Below are positions 58,682 through 64,000 of a DNA stretch of 64,000 nt, piece after piece (positions within the stretch are counted from its first letter, which is position 1; every line of letters begins with the position of its first letter). Both the position numbers and the translations under genes were made by a program. The stretch is from NCBI GenBank assembly GCA_964187785.1, contig OZ076420.1:6386001-6450000 (forward strand). Reading direction: 5' to 3'. Origin of the DNA: Amphiscolops sp. MND2022. Taxonomy: Eukaryota. The notes beneath the pieces are model-generated. The model was not told the DNA's origin and searched no databases. It saw nothing but the letters and a program-made list of their open reading frames with translations.

Positions 58682-60368
58682 TTTCGTCTTACAATTTTGC
58701 CTGAAACTAATGAATGATTCTAAAAAGTGGAACATTACCTTCCACTTAGCCTAAAGGTTAGTGCCAGACTCTGACTGGTGAAGCAGATGTTCGTATGTTC
58801 AAACCCTCGCTTGATTTAAAGTTTTTTTGCACTGATAATTCGGCCCAAATGTTCCTCACTTTGGAGGTTTATTTGACTTTGAAGGACGTTTAAAAAAGCT
58901 TTTTGTTTACAGTAGTGATTTACAGATTGACTGAAATGTTAACTAGAAAAACAAACTTTTGTCAAAACCCGTGGTTTCGTGGTTGTTCACAAGCATTTCA
59001 TAGTCCATGTGAAATAGAAAATGGTACCCTAGTGTAAAAACTTTTGTGATATCAATTGCTACCACATTTTTAATAGTTAAATGGTCAAAGGGTTCCCCTG
59101 GGTTGTACCATCCCATTAAAGTAATCTTTTCTTTAACAAACAGCTGGAAAACTGATTTGTAGGAGTTGTTCAATGCATTAGTTAGTAAGTAACAATGTCT
59201 CCTTGTTATCTCTGTTCATTCCGGTTCCTGACCACTACAGAGTCTCGGTTCATACATCGTCTAGAAGACCAGGACTTGTTAACCAACAAACTCAAAAAAA
59301 CATTTAACTAAAAACTACAATAAAAAGTGTGTGATACGAAGAGACAGTTGCTAGAAATAGAAACTTTGTTTAACCCAATCGTTTCTCAGCTTATACATTT
59401 GTAAAATAGAACACTCCTAATGTTTGTAAGCTAAAGATAGCGGATCCATCTACTGAAGGCACATTTAGGGTCACGAAAAGGAACTTTTTCCTTTTCCCCC
59501 TCACACTTTCCAAGATGATGTTTTCGCATTTAATTATATCTCAATTGCGTTTCCAATGAAACAGTTCAGTTTTAAATTTATTCTCAGGGTGATAGTTTAG
59601 GATTCAGATACAAACTTTGTTCACACTTTTTCAATATGTAGTCACGCATTTTTGATGAAGAAATCGACAGCTTCCTGTTTTGAGTCATCAATAAACACTC
59701 AATACGAACATAATTAGTCAAATTGTGTGAACAATGTTTTGTTCAAGCGGAAAACTACTCTAATAGTGTGGAGACAACAAAAGAAAGGAAAAGACTTGTT
59801 CGAAGAAATATTGAATGATATAGTCATATGTAATCCTTTATGTTGAGTTTGTTTTCTTTAAAAAGTGTGGGGGAAAAAGAAAAAGAGCCCACGAATAGTG
59901 TTGCTTTCACCTTCCGATTGCTCTCAGGTTTTGCGCAGCGTTTGAATGCCATGAGCGCTAGCACATTTTTGCCGGAGGCAAAGTTAGTCAGTTTGACATG
60001 TAAGCTTCAGGTGTTTGACTAAATAAGCTTCGTCAAACAATTTGTCTGGCGACTTCACATACAATACGAATGGTATATCCGAAAATCTTTGGAAACATTG
60101 GAAAAATGGGTAAGTAAAACGTGTTTCAATGGGCAATTAAAATTGAAATGGGCAATCAAACGTGTTTCAACGGAACTAAAATCGAATCTTTTTCGGATCT
60201 AAAAACAAAACACAAAATTCTATCGATTCGATATGTGCTCAGGGCAAGATCTACATTTTAATACTGAAAGTATAGAAAAAGACTGATTCCTGATTTCCTG
60301 GGTAAGCTAAAACCACCAATGTTATTTTAAACAAGGAATTTAGTGTTTGTTTTACACCAATTGACCTG

Positions 60369-61181
60369 CCCAGTGACACGAATCTTGGCACGCTTGCCAA
60401 GATGCATGGGTATGCTTGCCAAGATCTTGGCAAGATCTTACCAAGGCTACCATGATCATGCAAGATCATGGCAAGGCTGACCATGCGTCTTACCAAGCGT
60501 ACCAAGATTTTCCATGTATCTTACCAAGCTTTTCCATGTGTCTTGCCAAGCATACCAAGATTTTTCCGACCATTTTGAGTTTTTATTGCATTCACGAACT
60601 TAAGTAATTAGAACCCGTTACCTCAATAGATCAGGTAAAAGCATGATTTGCATAATTCTAAACAAATCATAGCTGAAAAAGTTGGTTTTCACACCGATAT
60701 CGAAAACCCGCAAGTTTTGAATAACTTGATTCGGAGTTTGCTTTGTATGATAATTAATGATAGTAGTAACAATGCCGTGCTCTCAAGTAACAAAACTCGG
60801 TCAATAGGTGCAGCAAATTATTGAGCAAATTTTGGATAATTTTGAATTAAAAAACTATTTTCGATCAATAAATGTTATGTCTAAAGTTATTACAATGGCT
60901 AATTCAGAAATTGCAGACGACAAGGAATTTTCGCGAAAAGAATAAATTATGCACAATTAATACCAGCTTACATGTCTTACCATGGTTATCTTGTCAAGAT
61001 CTTGCCATGATCTTGCCATGATCTTGGCAAGCATTTCCACATGGAACGCTTGTCAAGATCTTGCCAAGATCTTGCCAAGCGTAGCATGCATCATGTTTTT
61101 CCATGCGTCTTGGTAAGCCTACCATGCGTTTCCATGTTTTTCCAAGATCTTGGCAAGGCTACCAAGATTCGTGTCACTGGG
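60369..61181. mobile_element. CACTA/EnSpm-type MITE 2 (813 bp)
   Basis: TG|CCCAGTGACACGAATCTTGG ... CCAAGATTCGTGTCACTGGG|TG; CTTGCCAAGAT subterminal repeats. Confidence 0.85.
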
Positions 61182-62593
61182 TGACCACTGGGTTTGTTTC
61201 TAAAGTTATCACACAGTCGACGATGCATGCGTCTACTTCAGATCTGCTCAAATCTTCTGTTGATCTTCAAGATCAATTCGTCAAGTCTTGATATGATTTT
61301 GCACAGCTTGATTGGGGATTGCTCGAAATAGTTATTCGTTTCCCCTAGCCCAGACTGGCTGTGACTTGCGTTAGTCTTACGGGATTGGCGTAAAAATAAA
61401 GCTCGTCACAACACGATTTCACTCGCACAAACAAGCTAGGGTCTTTTGAAAAACTTTGAAAAACTTTTGAAAAGGGTCTTTTTGAAAAAGCGGCTCAAAT
61501 ACGATGTGAAAACATAGGATTACCCTCAAAAATGGCGACACAATCCTTTTTATAGCTACCCTAGTTGAGACTGCTAGAACTTTTTACATGCTGCAGGCCT
61601 GTATGCAGGTTAATTTTTTATAGAACCTAGAAAATTCAGAAAGGTTCCGGTGGTAAATCTTGTAGAATTACACTGCATTTTGCACTACTGCAATTAAATT
61701 TGAAAATATTTCCCACTTCTTTTACGGAAACGATCACGTTGTATTCACACATTGATTTCTCAAACACTCATCTGATTTAATCACCGCGTTTCAAATAGGA
61801 CGCTGAAGATGACGCTAGTTTGCTGTTTACATTGTATAGGTACATAAAAACAACCACCGATTTGGCCAAGGAGACTCAGGTCAGATATCAATGTGGTACA
61901 TAGGTATCGTATGCTGTCCTACTATCAGCAGTTTTAACGAACACCCAAAAATTTTCATTCAAAACGGCAAGCTACCCAGCTCATTTTAGCGTCACACATC
62001 AGGGGGTGGGCACTTTAAAAAGGGAGTGGGCGTAAATTTATCATGTGACTTCAGTAGGAGGAACTTGAAATAATGATGCTTTCATGCTAGGGACGGGCTC
62101 CCATCTACCAGTAACTCCATGTTGTTTCCTTAAGGTGGGGTGGGTCCCGCTTCTTCTATTATTAGGCGATGTTTTAGAAACTGCTGTTCAGAATAAAAAG
62201 GCTTTTGCAATCTTCGAAACAATAATTTTGAAGAAGAGCGTTTCAGGAAATCTGGTAAAGTCAAAAATTAGAAAACTGTATAAACGTACGAAACTTTTTT
62301 GAGATCTTTTTGTTCCAGTCTCTAACTGCTAAGGTAAAGGGCATTATACCTGTCCGAAATCACCATTCCGACAGCCTCCAAAACAGTACCACGAAAATTT
62401 TTACTTGTGCAGGGATAGCTTGCCTAACGTCTAAATTGCAAATAGTAGCTTACGAGCTCAAATATACCGGTATACACGATGATAATCGATAGGACAAAAA
62501 ATAGCATGGCAGTCCGCATATAAATCGTGGCCGGAACAAAGATATTCAAGCGAAAAGAGTCATTTTTGTAGTTTTTGCTTGTTACGGCAGCAT

Positions 62594-63413
62594 CCCAGGT
62601 TTTCGATCTTTGCGAATCTGTGCAGATCTGCAGGATTTTTTCTGTAGGGTTCTGCAAAGATCGTTGCACTGAATCTTGAAGATCCATTCAGATCTGCAAG
62701 ATATTTACAGAAGTGTGCAGATTTTCTTTTAAGATTTTTGCAGAAATATGTTTTTCTGCAGCTTTTAAGGAACCAATATACTGCATTTTTGGACTTCTTC
62801 AACTACTTTATCCAGTATTTTAGCTGACAAAAGGTCAGTCAGTAGAAACTCTCCGTCAGTCAAAATTCATGAGAAGGAAATATTGTCCCCATCGCAGTAA
62901 TTTTGTTGTCTGGGGAATATATGGTATAGGTCATACACTAATTTATCTATTTCACTCGAGCTTTGCAGAAGCGGTTGTTCAACTTTGAGAGGCTCGTTTG
63001 CCATATTGACTTCGTTTTGGCAGATACAACTTCACATGTGGCACCCTTCTGGGTTGGTCGATGTGTTGATAAAGTTTTGTTGTTATAACATTTCCGCAAC
63101 ATCGTTTGCTGGAGTATATATTTTAGTATATGCTGTAAATTGGGAATACGTTATAGTAATATATTGGTCATTGTTTGGCATATTTAGTGATTACAGATCT
63201 TTACAGATTTCTACAGAAAAATGTTTTATCATTTTGACATAAATGAGACTTCTCTCCAGTTTTAAACATTTTTATTGTTCATTTGACATCACCGTGGGGT
63301 TTTTATTGTGTTTCTGAGTACGTCATTTTTTTTCGAATCTGCGCATATCTGCAAAGATCTGCAAAAATTCTGCAGATCTGCACAGATTCCAAAGATCAGA
63401 TCGAAAACATGGG
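62594..63413. mobile_element. CACTA/EnSpm-type MITE 3 (820 bp)
   Basis: AT|CCCAGGTTTTCGATCT ... AGATCGAAAACATGGG|AT; GCAGATCTGCA subterminal repeats. Confidence 0.82.
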
Positions 63414-63477
63414 ATCTTGCTAAAATACAGCCACAATAAATCAATACTGCAATAAACATGTGATTAGTATTTTCTTA

Positions 63478-63832
63478 GGAGACTGTTCAATTCGTCGAAC
63501 ATTCAATTCGTCGAACACGTTTTAATTTAGCGAGCATGGTATGACGTAATGGAATGAATTGATTTCGGTCAATCAAATTCGAGCATTCAAAATTACGATA
63601 ACGTAGTCAGCTATGTTCACATACTCCCAGTGCCCTAAATGCCTGAGCGAAGCGACGTGCCATATATCGCTTCTTGGCGAAGGGAGCGAAGCGACCGATC
63701 CATACAACAAATGTGCTAATCGCCACAAAATATAACCGAATGAAAATAATCGCTGATATGGAATTCTTTCAACGCATTGAATAGCTTTTCAATTTTCGAC
63801 GATTTGAATGTTCGACGAATTGAAGTTGCACC
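63478..63832. mobile_element. Foldback/MULE-type MITE D (9-bp TSD)
   Basis: ATTTTCTTA TSD at 63469-63477 and 63833-63841; TTCAATTCGTCGAA arms; core homologous to 29638-29780. Confidence 0.9.
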
Positions 63833-64000
63833 ATTTTCTTATTCTGAGTCCTGCATCAATTATATACAGTATACGATCTACTATCCACTTCTTTCCGGTT
63901 CCCGTGTGTTCTGGCGGAAACTGCGAAACAGCAACCAAATGCTCAATTGCCACGTCAAATGTTGTATCAGAATTTTTCAGCAATTTCTAAAATCACCATC

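Noticed and set aside
59900-60050. Protein-kinase DFG-like motif (VKLTNFASG)
   Set aside because: Flanking HRD/APE motifs are absent and the frames are broken; the resemblance is likely chance.

Overview
This is AT-rich animal genomic DNA, not prokaryotic. The repeat style is reminiscent of acoel flatworm genomes, which is an unverified inference. The window holds one complete host gene: importin beta-1 (KPNB1) on the minus strand, reconstructed by hand as 16 coding exons (27886->8108, 2772 nt, 923 aa + stop), with all splice phases consistent. Unusual gene features are a GC-AG intron, GU-rich rather than CU-rich acceptor tracts, GC3-rich central exons versus AT-rich terminal exons, and two low-complexity loop insertions. 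The most striking is a 200-bp tandem duplication in intron 6 that stacks three 3' splice sites, two of them preceded by a ready-made 48-nt mini-intron; the two upstream sites open stop-containing exons. From about 28 kb to the end, the window is a transposon graveyard. It contains a hAT remnant abutting the promoter, a CRE-clade LINE split by a CR1 LINE and by three foldback/MULE-type MITEs with clean TSDs, two decayed Ty3/Gypsy elements, and an 82-bp mini solo-LTR. It also has three ~820-bp CACTA/EnSpm-type MITEs and many Helentron/DINE-1-like (HINE) copies. There is a 51/53-bp minisatellite, a 104-bp perfect palindrome, arrays of TGACGTCA, and a 200-N assembly gap. No rRNA, functional tRNA or CRISPR array was found.
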